63,544 bases of DNA, filler included, from Intoshia linei (GCA_001642005.1; 9 parts of 9 records of this genome joined end to end with filler, not necessarily neighbours in it), one strand, 5' to 3'. Shown: positions 28,603-42,800, numbered from the whole stretch's first letter. Notes: generated from the sequence alone by a model not told the origin. Numbers and translations are program-made.

Positions 28603-29999
28603 GAAACTCCAGTATTATAAGTATGTAGATTCTGAATTTATAATTTTAAATTTAGCATAAAAAATGAAACTATATAAGTGACAGAACATAATCTCATTAT
28701 AAATGGAGTAATCCTCACACTACACTGTATTAATCCAGTAGAGAATTAAATTTTGTTTAGTAGATTCAATTATTTTCTATTTTGAAACAATTTCACATGT
28801 AAACAATTTTTCATTAAAATTTGATATTTATTGAATATAATTAAAATATTTTGATACGTTTTATAAATATAAGGTTTAAAAATCTTGTTATCTTTAAATA
28901 TTTGAAATTAATAATATTGACACTTTATTCAAATTTATAAGTTACGTCAAAAATTAACTGTACGCATGATAGATTATTAAACAATTAATTGACGTGCAAA
29001 ATTAAAAATTATTAAATTGAGTTAACAATTACCTACGCGTCGTTGTCAATTTCTTTAATTAAATTATCACCGAGTAAAACAAACATTATTAATTTGTAAT
29101 ATAAATTTTCATGCCATTTGTGATTCTCTAATCAATCGTTAACATTTCATTGTGTTTTTTAGCTCAATTTTTGCATTTTAATATTAGTTAATTATATGGC
29201 CGTACTATTGAGATTTTCAATATTTTTTAGTTTTATTTTTCATTGTTTACCAATTATTCATTCAATTAAACACAATAAATTAATTTTAGGCACCATTATT
29301 TTAAAATTAATTGTTTTCAATTGATTTTTTTGTTTTAATATTGTTTTAATTGTTTTTGTTGAAATATCTTTTATTGTGTATTTAAATTTACTCAATTTTT
29401 TGGTATTCATGATTATTATAGATTTGGATTTTGATCAATTTTATTGTACAATTTAATATATTGATATTATGTTACTTGAAACATTTAAAGTTGGTAATAA
29501 TAAATATTACTTTTCAATTAAAATTAATTGTAATTTTTTTACATAAAAATAAGTTATTTAACTTTTTACACTTTTTTAAAATTACATTAAATCAATTCTA
29601 TTATAAGGCTATTAATTAAATATTATTGATTTTAGTCTGTTTGGTTTTTTATTATAATGTGATAATAAAATATAAATAATGTATTTTATAATAGTGTAAA
29701 TTATATTCCTAAAGTTGCTCTTAAGGTCCACATTAAGGACTCCTTAAACGGTTGAGATTATGCAGCAAAGTATATACTATGAAATATAATAAATAATAAT
29801 TTTAAATTTTAAAATTAATATAATTAGGGGATTTACCCAGAAAATTTTTTGACAGTTAAGTTTGAATTTTACTTTTTATAATAATAATATTTTGATTTGA
29901 CTTTGCCGAAGTAACTTTGCGCATCGAACTTTTTTCCTTAAATATTTTTTTATAATTTGATACAAATACAAATAACGATTACATGAATTGTGTAATCCT

Positions 30000-30750
30000 T
30001 TACTTGTATAAAATTGAATTTCTGTGTGTTTCTGTTACTGTTTATTTAAAAAATTGACAGTTGTAGAATTAAAAAACCCAATTTCTAATACAGTTTTTCC
30101 CGGGACGTGTTTTTATCTTTTTTCATTTGCAGAATTTTAATTTGTCGGGGTCAAACACCAAATTTTTTCTTTTTTGTTTAAAAAAATCAACACAAAAATT
30201 TAATAAAACTTACATTTTAGGACGCGTTTTAAAATCATTACCATTGTAGTAAACCTCAGCCTCAGAAACAGACACCTTCATGGTTAAAACCACAAATTAG
30301 TCTATATTTAAAAAATGAAAATGAACTAAAATTTTATAAAACATAAATTCTGGGATACTTTTTAAAATCATAAGCATTATAATAAATAAAACTCTCAAAA
30401 AAGTGCATTTTCACGATCAAAACCATAGATTACCAATTTTTAAAAAATTAAATTAGTCATAGAATTTTAAACAAAATTACAACTGATACAGTTTTATATT
30501 TAGTGAATACACAAAAAAATTCAATCTGACAAAGTGACGCCTTCACGGTCAAAAAATCACTTTAATATCCATTTTTTTTTATTTCGAAACTATTTTATTA
30601 AAAATAAATTTGAAATAATCAACGGTCCTAAAATTCAAAAAAAAGATTATTGTGATTCAGCTTATTCCAGTTGATATAAATACAAAATTTCAACCCCAGT
30701 AATCTACGCATCTCCAGTTAAAAATAATTTTTAATATACAACCAATGTGT
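30000..30750 (+). repeat. Dispersed repeat family copy with ~130-bp internal subrepeats
   Basis: GGTCAAAACC(A)CAAATT-like units at ~30149, 30281, 30415, 30547; shares the 3' block CTTATTCCAGTTGATATAAATACAAAATTTCAACCCC with ~38590. Confidence 0.75.
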
Positions 30751-31086
30751 TATCAACCAATTTTTTTAATAAATTGGTAACACACATAGAAATTCAATTT
30801 TATATACAGTAAGTAAAATATAAATGTAATGCCTACGAAACTACATGTATTAAAATTATAAAATATACGCCTGATCTAGAGATTTAAACCGAACGCATAT
30901 TAATTTTACTATTAATGTTCAATTAATTACAGTATAATTTTGTGTAGCACATTGGCTCTCAAACTTGTGAACATGCATACTAGATTTGCGTTTGAACATT
31001 TTTGGTTGAATTTCAAATTCTTACCAACTTCTACACTAATATAAATGTTTTTTTATGTTCAAGTTTTTTATAATGAAATGTTCCCA

Positions 31087-31358
31087 TAGTGTCGAACATA
31101 CCGTACCGAGACTCCTCTTCGGTGGGGAGAGGGCTCGATGAAATTTTTGTAAAATGGTGGCCTCATTTTTCCAAATTGACCATTAAAAAATTATATTCTT
31201 GAATATCATAACTATTCTGTGTGTTAAATTTAAAATATCAATTCAAGAGCATTAGAGAGGTGGTTATGGCTATATAACTCAATGCATAATTTGTGAATAA
31301 AATTTTAGGACATATTTTTCATTTTCGGATGGCCTCGAGCTTGGTATGTTCGCCCCTA
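31087..31358. mobile_element. MITE family copy (related sequence at ~6600-6700, 25575-25780, 38812-38920, 41204-41465)
   Basis: TIR-like TAGTGTCGAACATACC / GGTATGTTCGCCCCTA; shared core CCGAGACCC...GTAAAATGG...TTCTTGAATATCATA. Confidence 0.6.
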
Positions 31359-31449
31359 ATTTCCAGTCTTATGTATTTATATATTGAGCAATGGCATTAA
31401 TTTGTCTACAAAAAATAGAGAATCATACAAATTAAAGGTTATTAACGAG

Positions 31450-33235
31450 TCGGATGTTACCAAGTGTTTCATTTTGGGAACATTAAAGGTCTCTCGTTAG
31501 TTCAAGTAAAGTTAAGTCGAATTATTAATAAATATAGATTGAAGTCAAAGTAAATAATTCTCTTGTTTTTTTAGAGAATTGATAATTATCAATGAATTAT
31601 AATTCATTGGAGTTTTTGAATGTTTTATATGATAAATTGCATCATATCTTATTAATCAAGTAAAAATTTCCAACAGGTTGGTATATACTTTCTTCCAGCT
31701 TAATTTCTTTTTAGCTAGTACAAGGATACATTTATTTGATGATAATGATGTTCCAACAACATCGTTATAATTCTACGTCACTACAAAGACGTTTCGAATA
31801 CAAACAGTAATCATATGGACTCTTTTTTGTCTGGTCAGATTACTTTTTGATATAAGGTATTTTGGAGGATTACCTTTTATTATCAGCTTTTATTTTGATA
31901 TTTTTCATCTATGTCGTTTATAAGAATAAAAATTGCTCAGAAATACGAATATAAAATGTGCAAATCATGTAAAAATATATTCTTTGGTATTCAATTAAAT
32001 TACTCATAATTGTAAGAACCTACTGGGAAACCTCCATTTTGGGAACATTGGTTTTTATTTTATTAATACAGTAACCCCATTATAGTAATTTATATTATTT
32101 TACAATTACAAGTGTATAGTATACAGCAGCAGTTCTCAATATTTTTCAGGCCATGGTCCAAAAAAGTTTTGCCTAAAATTCCATGGCCCACCTTAAAAAA
32201 ACCTTAAAAAATCTATTTTTATTTACAGTAAAATGCTTTATTTATTTAAATTTTTAAGTATCAAAAAAGTGTTAAAAAATAATAATCAACAAGTAAATTT
32301 AGATTTATACTAGTTAGTGACTGCATTGAATTGTAGTTTGTTGCACAATGAATCAATTTATATTAGTTTATTCAATCCTAATCGTATTATTCCTCGGTTG
32401 TTCACATCCAATTTTGACCTCTTCTTACTAAAAATATCGACCACTGCTGAAAATCCATCTTCTACAAGCCATGTTGTAGGAAAAGCAATAATGCTTGGTT
32501 GAACATAATTAAACACAATTGGATTTGATTCTTGAATTCTTATAAATCCAAATACACCTTCATTTTCTATTCGTCTTACTAATTTCAAATCTGCTTTAAC
32601 TCCAAGAGTTTTTCAGTTAGTTCAGGTCTGGTTTCATCATTTGGTTCAAAGTTTTGAAGATCTTTAAACCATAATTCCAGATGTATATTTCAAATGCATT
32701 GTTTTATAGTTTTTGCTTTAGTTTTATGCAGTGCAATTTTATGGCTTAATATTCCAAATTTTTTTTAATGTTGAAAATTTTCTGTGGCCCACAAGTGGGC
32801 CACATGACCCACGTTGAGAACCCCTTGTATACAGTGTATAGTATACACTGTAAACAGTATTATAAATTTGATGGAAAATAATTTATGTCGAACAAATTTT
32901 CTAGTCATAAAACAAAAGCTTTAAATTTTAAATTCAAATTTCAAATGGAAAAAAAAATCAGTCAATATTTATGATTCTCTGACACATCAATCAATGGATA
33001 TAAAATATTAATTTTTTGCAGGGATGCATAATAATATAGATGTAGATTTTTAATTGATCTGATCAAATATGTAGTAAACAATACCTGAAAAACATGTTCC
33101 ATTTTGAGAACATTGGCGGGAAATTACAAAATTAAACCTTAAACCTCTAAAATTACAGAAAATTAGAAACAACTGTATATTGTACCTGTGGTACCGGTCA
33201 CAGACGCGTCTGTGCCGTTTGACGTCTAGAGTTTA
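31450..33235. mobile_element. Highly decayed piggyBac (PGBD3-like) element, interrupted by a hAT insertion
   Basis: Three copies of imperfect palindrome (GT)T(C/T)CATTTTG(G/A)GAACA (~31464, ~32032, ~33095) and a palindromic terminal block near 33200-33235; only traces of coding sequence. Confidence 0.35.
32127..32826 (-). mobile_element. Internally deleted hAT (Buster-like) element
   Basis: TIRs CAGCAGTTCTCAA / TTGAGAACCCCTT; perfect TSD GTATACAG; minus ORF IIAFPTTWLVEDGFSAVVDIFSKKRSKLDVNNRG..RL is a hATC domain. Confidence 0.9.
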
Positions 33236-35280
33236 GACTCTAAATAATTCACAAACGCAAATTCATCTCACGGATGAAGAATAAATTTTATAAATACAAT
33301 AAAAAATTACTTGAAAAAGTCTCGATTAATCGGAATCAAAAGTAATGAACGTATTTGTATATAAAAGATTTGATGTTTGTTGAATTTTTCAATTGTAGAT
33401 ATTTAAATGAATGGAAATTTAATAATTGTAAATATAAAAATATATATTGTTACTTAGATCGCAGGCCACCGTAAAGTATAAATAACTAAAATTATACATT
33501 ACACAAAGATACAATTTTACTGTCAAGTTTGAATTAGACTTTTATAAACAATTTTATTATGTAATTTTTAGTAAATTTGGAATTCAAAGAAATTTAAATG
33601 TAATTACAATACAAGGCGGAGCAATTTACTTTTGATTTGAAATGTAAATCGTTCAACTAAAACTTTTATACAAGACTATATTAGATTAAAATATTATATA
33701 TCATGGAATATAAAGAAATGCTCAATGTTTTCTTCAATCTCCCAAATAAATTGATCAATGGTCGTATATCAATTATGTAAATTGTCAATTTTTATGATTA
33801 TTCTAGTTGGTTTCATTAATTTTTGAGACATTTTAAATTTATTAACCCAATAGAGGTTAATAAAACAATTTTTGTCATCTCTGCGATTAATAGTGTTACG
33901 TATTAATATTTTGACATAACTAATGCGGCATTCTTTTATTTTGAACATGTATTCTTATATTTATAATGAACCGTGATTCATTACTGAGTTTATAAACGTT
34001 GTAACATTCACAAGTACCATATTGATCATAACTTTTGTAATAGTTTTAAATTTTAATTGAACTGTGATATACTGTATTATGTTATTTACCTATACAACTG
34101 ATATGAGAATGCAATAAATACATTGTGATGAATTGTTGATTTTGAAATATTCAAATATCAGTATGATGGCTAAGCTCAATCAACTAAGGTCTAGTAATAA
34201 ATAATTATACTTTATAATGTATACTTAGTCTAAGCCAGCTATTAATAGTAGGGGTTATTTTACTATTTAAAAATTTAACCTTATACTAAATTACAGACTA
34301 AAATAATCAAATAACTTAATTAATTTTTGTTCATTTAAAACTCAAGTAAATTGCTCCCAATGAAAAAGAATACTTTTCAACTTGTAAAATTACAAATGCA
34401 TAATCATTAGACAAGTTAATCATCAACATTAATAAGATTGATGTAATGACAATATTATTATTTGGCTGTTTATAGAGTAACAATTTGTCAGATAAAAGTT
34501 ACAGCTGTAGTTTCCATCGTGTACCCTAAAATTATCATCTTTAAACAATTATTCATATCATTATTAACGCTAGATTTGAGAATGATGAATAGTCTATATT
34601 TAAAATTTTCTTATTGAAAATTTCATTCACTCATTTTTTTATTATTTATAACGTTAGATTTTTATGAATATTATAAATTTGTATTCATGTGACGATTAGC
34701 ATAGTTTAATGCGGTTTAATTTGTTTACAATTTTTTAGTAGCAACAATTTACATTTTGACACATTTATATGAACACGTGTGAAATATTTAAATTTATTCA
34801 AATTTTAAAAAAGTATTTTTTTATTCCCACATTTAACTACATATTTCAGTTGTACAATTTAGAATTATAATTACATTGTACAATGTACATTGTTTTATTG
34901 TTTATGTAAATTTGGAATTTTTTGTTTGTTTCATCAATGTGATCATGTAAATATTGATACATTGATGTATAATGCATTTTTTGTAAAGATTATACATTTT
35001 CAGACTATTTTTGGAAAATCTATGATTATTTGCTCTAGAGAATAGACGTCGTAAAAATTTAATTCAGCATTGCTGAATCAGCAATTAGTTTTCAAGTTAA
35101 CAACAAATTGGCTATTTTATAAATAAACTTAAACTTGAATAATAAAATAATAAAATATTTATTTAAATGGGTTGTTGCACTTCATTATTTAAGTCCTTAT
35201 CTGAAAAATTTAAAGTATTTTACATAATAATGACATAAATCATAATAATATTGATTAAAATATAATTTTTTATTATTTAG

Positions 35281-36748
35281 AAATCTGAAGAAAAAGAAGA
35301 TTTGATTGATCCTGTAAACGACTTAGAAAATGAGAATTTAGCCTGTTATAATGCTTGGTAATAATGCGAATTATAATTATATGATAATGATGAAATTAAT
35401 AAATAAAATTAAAAAACGTAAATATCGATATCTCTTGAACCTGGACGAAAATTTTCAAGAAGGGGTGTTTCATTTTTCAAAGTTGAGCCCTTTATATAAT
35501 TTTATTTTTGATCATAATCTTTACAGAGGTGTGACTTTACATTTTATTAAAAAATTAAATATATATATTCATTTTTAAGCAATAAAACCGAAATCCAAAA
35601 AAAGAATAAAATCGACGAATACCTTGAAGCGTAAATGAAATTATCCTTTTAAGATAAAATTTAATTAAGCAATTTACTAAACAATTATAAAAACCCAAAT
35701 TATGAAGATAAAGATAAATATGGCCAACATGAAAGAGCTATTCATTACGAGTAATATTTTTTTGATATTTCACAGTTCTTAGAAATTTTATGGAAACTAA
35801 TATGGTTAAAGATAAATTTCTCTCTTATCATAAAAATATGAAAGATGATTATGTTGCCGCCGAGGTTAAAAAGCATATTTTTGATGACTGCATTTCTGAG
35901 GTAATTTAATTTTTGATAATTTACATCAATGGTGATTAAACTTTTTTATTTAACGCACCCCTAATGGATTTAAAAATAAAACGAAATCAAGTTTTTGATT
36001 ACCCCATTCGAACATAATCCACCAAATTTTTAATTTAAAATTTTAATTTTGGTATCAAAGTTATGACTCTACTAATACAGCTAATATTGTCTCATAAGAC
36101 TAGAAATATAACATACTTTTCCACTTAAACTCAAATACTTTGTAAATATTTTTTATTGATTCATAGAATATCACTTTTCATATAATTTACTAATTTAATT
36201 CTTATCTTTTGGAATGTTACATCAATAAACAAACAATTCATAACTATTGGTTCTCTCGCAGAAATGATGTACAAATACATTGTATATTTTATTTTTCTTT
36301 CTCAGAAGAAGAGAAGTAAAAATTTCACTCTCCCTTCCAACTTTTTATTACGAGACAATGAATATTAAAATTTAGGTTACCTTTTTCACCTTACTTTTAT
36401 TTAAAACATTTTATATAAAAATGTCAACATTTCTAATGGATCCTAAGGTGAACATACCCCAGTTTGAGAACCACTTATTTACATTAAATAATCATGTTGC
36501 AAAATATGAAAAAATAAGCAAAGATTATTAATTATCTGGTATGTTTATTTTACTGATACGTTAATTACCATAATTAGTTGATGAATGATAATAATTGATA
36601 ATAAGGAAAATATCTAAAATTTGTAATATTAACTTTTTTATATTCACGTCAATAGATACTTATTTAGATGAATGATATATTATCAAAAATTGAAAAAAGC
36701 CAAAAAAGTCAAGACTTGAAAGATTCCGTTTTTATAAAAATGATTTAA
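35281..36748 (+). CDS. Hypothetical multi-exon protein, 5' exon(s) uncertain
   Basis: Five AG/GT-bounded open exons at ~35281, 35580, 35670, 35783 and 36669 (KSEEKEDLIDPVNDLENENLACYNA...; ...KNPNYEDKDKYGQHERAIHYE; NFMETNMVKDKFLSYHKNMKDDYVAAEVKKHIFDDCISE; MNDILSKIEK...FIKMI*). Confidence 0.55.
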
Positions 36749-36826
36749 TTTTACAAAATTAATCAAAATCATTTTATGCTTTACCCATATCAAATATAAT
36801 TCGTTTGTTTGAAAAAAATATTAAAT

Positions 36827-39800
36827 TTATAAGTGACGAGTGAGTTCTTTTCTTGTAATTATTCCACAAATATCATTTTCTTGGGTTACAATAAGGTGTC
36901 GTAGTCCCAATCCGCGGAATAAACGAAATACTCGAGGTAATGGTGTAGTCTAAAATGTATATATTCTATTTTTTTGTAAATGTAAATGTAAAAGTATACA
37001 ATTCATTGTACACATATCAATACAAATAAAATCAAAATATTTTAATCGAAAAAAATTTAATCTAATCAGAGGTGTGGAAAGTGCAGTCTTATTGACGATT
37101 TGATGAGGCCTTCTGAACAATTTCAATTATTTTTCATTTAAAATTATTTTATTTCCTTAAGGATAGGTAAAATTAGGGTTTTCGTTTGGAGTCAGATAGA
37201 CGGATTTTTTCTTTAAGGATTTGTAAAATTTTCGTTTTTTTCTCATAAGATTTTATTAAATTGAATAGAATATGCTAAAAATTTATCATTCACCCACAAT
37301 TATCAACAATTTTCGTATTCACGTCCTAATAAAATTATTCACCCCATGAGAATCAATGCTGTATTTGATTAAATTTTATTTAGAAAGGTGCGGCCTTCGA
37401 ACAGTAAATGCTTGCCCAGTGGGAGTCCCCACCTCTGATCTAAACTAACAATAATTTTTTATGCTCGGTTTAGAAAGAATTTTTCTTAAAATTAATTGAT
37501 AGAAAATATTTTAAAAAAATAAATTTAGATAAATTTTTATCAATTTTTTATTTATTTTAAATTAATTCTCTATAGAAAACCACTTAAATTCTTGCTAATA
37601 CAATGTATTATAAATACATGTACATTTATTTGGAAAAATGTTTCAAGTTTCAATTAATAGTGAAAATTACCAGAGGTACCGTAAAAGGTGTCGGATTTCC
37701 AAATTTTGTAAGTTCTACATATAAATTATCTTCATTGTCCACGTCGCGGCTGATTTTTTTAGTTTTAAATTTCCATTTATTAAAATCAGACAATCGAATC
37801 CTCTATATTTTTTAATATAAAGTGTACATTGTACAATATACATTAGGGTAGGGTTACTTTAAGTGGTAGTTTTAAATGATAAATGTGTAATTGTAAATTT
37901 GATTTTGCGTAGTGTTAATAAAATTGCCCTTAAAAATAATTTTATACTATGTTTGAAAATTTAGATTTAATCTTGATATTGAGACTTTAATCAATTATTG
38001 TGGTTATAATTGATTCATTCTTACTTATATAATACGCTTTGTTTGTCTGTGTGTGTATTATCATTTATTTCAATAACTACCAGTCTTAGAATTTTATAAA
38101 GTCCACATTTCAATTACAGTTTTTTCTGGGAGTGTTAGCAGAACAAATTTCAACCTCCCAAACTCACATATTACAGGTCCAAAAACTCAATTATCCTTTT
38201 TTTTGAAAATCAACCGAATTCAAGAATTTACAAAAATAAACACTCTGATACGGATTTTAAAATTATAAATATTATCATAAATTTAAATTTCAAAAAAATA
38301 TATGTTCATGACCAAAACCACAAATTAGCCTTTTTTTAATGAAAACAGACCTAGAAATTAAAAAAATGTACAGGTGGTACAGTTGTATCCTGTTAACACA
38401 CACAAAAAATTCAATCTGAATAAGTAACGCCTTCACGGTCAAGAAAGCATTTTAGTATGTATATATTTTTTTCCGAAATATTTTACTAAAATGTTATTAA
38501 AAGTTAATTAATTATGTTTTATTAAAATTTTACAAAAAATGTGAAATAATTAACAGTCTGAAAATTAAAAAAAAGATTATTCTGATACAGCTTATTCCAG
38601 TTGATATAAATACAAAATTTCAACCCCTGAAATCTACACATTCCCGGTGAAAAATAATTTTTAATATATTATCAACCAATAATTTTCAAATATTTCGATT
38701 AAAATAAAAATTGAAAATGTAAATATTGATCCTACAATTTCAAAAAAAATGTGAATTGAACGTCTACACACTGCAGGTAAAAATATCCTAAAATAACACC
38801 TGCATTAGGGTCAGAGCCGAACCTACCAATCTCGAGGGCACCGAAAATGAATAATAGTTATGATATTCAAGAACAAATTTTTTTTTAATACTCAATATCG
38901 TAAAATGGTGACCTCATCTTTCTTCCAGAAGAGTGGTGACGATACGGTAGATTCGACAATGATTAGGGTGTCTAGTAGACACTGTCTACAGTTGATGTAT
39001 TTTCTAAACTTACAAAAAACCATTTTGAATGTGAAAGCCTATTGTGATTTTATCAATTAAAATTTTTTTGCAATTATTGAAATTAATATAAAAATATAAA
39101 GCATAACTTTAATTTAATTATTATTAGGTTTGGGTGATTTATATGGTTATGGTATTTTCGATGGGTAAACAAGTTTTTTTTGTACATTTTGATTTTTTAA
39201 ATTCAGTTCTAACGTATTTATTTTGGATTTTAATGATGGTTGAATTTATCATAATTACACTTAAAACTATATATAGATCAACCTCAAAACAAATTTCGTA
39301 CAACCAGAATAAATGAGGTTATAAGGTAATATCCTTATTTAATATATATTAGATAATTTACCTTATGATATATCATATCATTTTGACTTTTACGCCTATA
39401 AATTCCTTTTTCTAAAATAACTTCAAGTTGATATCGTAGAATGATTCCCCTTAGTAAGCCGTATTTTGAAAAATTATTAAATTTCCTGTTGATTTCAATG
39501 CCAGTAGAATCAACATCATCATTCTCATTTGTTGATGAATTTAAAAGTTTAACTGAACGTGAATTTCTGTTATCCAAAAATGTGGATGGAGCTGTTTTTC
39601 TTCGTTTTAAATATTTTTTTAAATTTGTTCCAGTATATGAATTTAAATTTACAAAATTGTCCATATTATTGTTCAATTTTCTTTTTCGCACTATGGGAAA
39701 TGCTGAATGGCTGTATAATGTGAGTATTTCTTTTATATAGGAAACTGATTCCAGTTCATTAAATACTATCACTGGATTACTCATTACGCCTCTAAAATTG

Positions 39801-42800
39801 TATTTTTTCAATTTCAAAAATGTGTTTCTTCGTGTTTAAAATGAACACTGGACGTATTTTTTAACACAATTAAAAACTAGACTTTAAAATTAAATTTACA
39901 AACAATTAATAAGAAAAAAGTAATAAAAGAAATACATGTATTCCATGAGTAAACAAGGTTCACTTGCGTATCATTGAAATATGCAAGCTTTTTCAATTAA
40001 CATTTTCAAAAATGTGCTGAAAAATAGTACTCTTTTCTCTTATATGGGTAAGAAATTTATCTTTTTTTTCATTTGGGGTTAAGTAACAATTTTTTAAATT
40101 CAATATTTTAATGTTTTTAGACCTACAAACGTTTAATCAATGAAAATTTTTTCAGTTTACAATTTTTCGGTTACGAAAAATGAATATATGACCACTGGTC
40201 AATGACCACTTATCATTAGCGAACATTAATTTGAGCGATACAATACTATATTTTGTTAATTAATCATATTATTGATTTATTGACCAAATTTTTGTGGGTT
40301 TATTTAGGGAAAAATTTTTGACTCAATTTTTAAAGATTTTCAAGATAATTTTAGGATCAAAATATGGTATGTTTTTTAAGAGAATCTATTTTTCACCCAT
40401 CTTTAAAATTTTATGTAGATAATTTTTGGACTAACATTTTATAGAGTTTTTAAGGGAACTTTAAAATTTTCCCTAAAGAAACCCACAAAAATTACATGAA
40501 AAAATAACTAATATGATATATATAATATAAATTATTAAAATTGATGATTATGTCGCTCAAATAAATGTCAATTTAGAGCAGTAGTTCCCAATTGGTATCC
40601 GTATCCGTACACTATTTAAATCGGAAACAACTGCTCTAAAGAATTGATGTCTATAATTAATTGAAAATTATACATTTAATTTTAATTTAAATCTTACGCC
40701 GCTGTTAAATTGTACAAAAGATTTGGTGGACTCCAAGGTAAAAATGGTATTTTCATTAGTCGAATGTGTTCATCATAAAGTCCCTAAATTTAAATTAACA
40801 TAAATATTAAAAAAATTGCATTTTTAATTCTGTCGTTATATCACACAATAATTTGCAAATTAGTTCGTTAAATTAAAATTTTACAGAGTTATTGACTTAT
40901 GACTTATATATGCACTTTTGGAATTTTCAGATTATTTTTTTAATAAACCATAAAGGAAAGGATTTTTTAAGATTTTTTTTAGCAAATCTTTGAAGCGGAA
41001 TTTTCAGATTATATTTTTAACCAAACTTTAAAGACATGATTTTTGAAGTTTTTTTAACAAAAAACATTGAACAATAATTTTCAGGTTATTTTTTTAACCA
41101 AATCTTAAAAGAGAGGGTTTATTAAGGTTTTTATTAATCAATATGTTTTAGTTTTATATATCTGGTTACATTTTTTATAGCTCATTTCAACAATCCTTCT
41201 AACCAGAGCCAAATATACCGTAGTCCGAGACCCTTTTCGGGGCCTCGATTATTATTTTTGCAAAATGGGGGGATAATTTTTCCCAATTAAATGTATTTGC
41301 AAAAATGATATCATAATTATTTGTGTAATAAATTTAAAATTTCAAGTTAAGACTATTGAAGATGTCACTAGGGCTATATGACACTACACATCGTGTGCCA
41401 AAAAAATTTTTATACGCCCTAGTTTTCATTTTCTGGTGGCCTATAGATTTGTATATTGGGCTCTGTCGCTAACTTTGGATAAATATTGAATTTTAAATTT
41501 TAAATTGAGCAAATTTTAAAATGTAGCATGCTTATTTTCTTAATTAAATTTCAAATACTGATTTCTACTATAAAAATAATAATACAGACCACAGTCTGCT
41601 GTGCACAGGTTTAAATTTCTAAACAAGACTAACTGGTGGTTTTGACCGTGAAAGTGCCAATTCTTGAGGTTAAATTTGATCTTAATTTTGCTTTTGAAAT
41701 TTCTGGCAGTCAGTTTTCTACACTAGTCGCTACACCGTGCACAACTACAGACAGATACAGAGTTTTAAAAACAATTACTATATACAATAATATGTACAAT
41801 TTTTATAATTTGGGAAAGGTCATATGAGGCGTGACAAACCCATGGCGCATTGGCAATTTTGATAAATTGAAATTTAAATTGTAAGATACATTTTCTTTCA
41901 GTTTCGAACTTTTCGAATCTACTGGAAATCCGTTCACCTTATATTAGTTAATATTTAATTAACAAGATAATCCTAATCATTGATTTACCCGCACTTTAAT
42001 AATCTCTATTCACTTAATAATTAAGTCTTAATTAATTAATGATTTATTATATTTTCTGAAGAACATTATTACTCTCTCATTGACACATTTAAATCCAAAT
42101 ATTGGAAAACTGGCAAGATCAAAACAACCCTAAATGTCTCATTAAACTTTTAACGATTTTAATTAACACTTTAGTTAATTTTAATAACGACACTTTTAAT
42201 TAATGACGACTACATAGTATATCTTAATATTGCAAACAAATTAATATAATTTATATTTCTACACGTATAAATTCTATTAGTAGCTGGAGTTTCACAAAAA
42301 ATTCGGGCGCATCTGAGATCTAATGATAAAAATGTGGCGCATGGTATGTAAAAGGTTGACCAACCCTGGTTTATATTATTATAATCATAAATAATTCAAA
42401 ATGCAGTTTTTAATAATTTTGTTTTTATAAATTAAATTTACCAACGTGAAGCACTGTCCAACCATTTTAGCAACAATGAGAACAATGACAACAGGCAAAA
42501 CAAAAGTAATATCTCCTGTACATTCAAAAAGAATGACCGATAAACTGACCGTCATTCGTAAATTCCCACCAATTTGAGAAGCTGCGCCAATAAGCGCATA
42601 TCTCCCTACATTAACTTGCAACCAAGGTATAATAACATTTACGCCATGAGCAACGAGACGCCCCCAGCAAGCTCCAACAAGTAAACACGGAATAAATATT
42701 CCACAAGATACACTTAACCCATAAGTCCAGGTAGTCAATAATGTAAATGCAAGCAGTAGCCATATTAATTGAATAATTGTGATATAATTCATTGGTGCAT

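Noticed and set aside
37745-37765. Possible frameshift at the T7 run in CLCN7
   Set aside because: Seven T keep the exon in frame.
39130-39335. Apparent extra CLCN7 exons or premature stop after ...MIYHK
   Set aside because: The phase-0 exon at ~37672-37803 (RIRLSDF...NPTPFTVPL) gives the homologous continuation, so this is intron.
39441-39740. Plus-strand 99-aa ORF (also 44894-45115 and 37603-37815)
   Set aside because: Antisense to CLCN7 exons.
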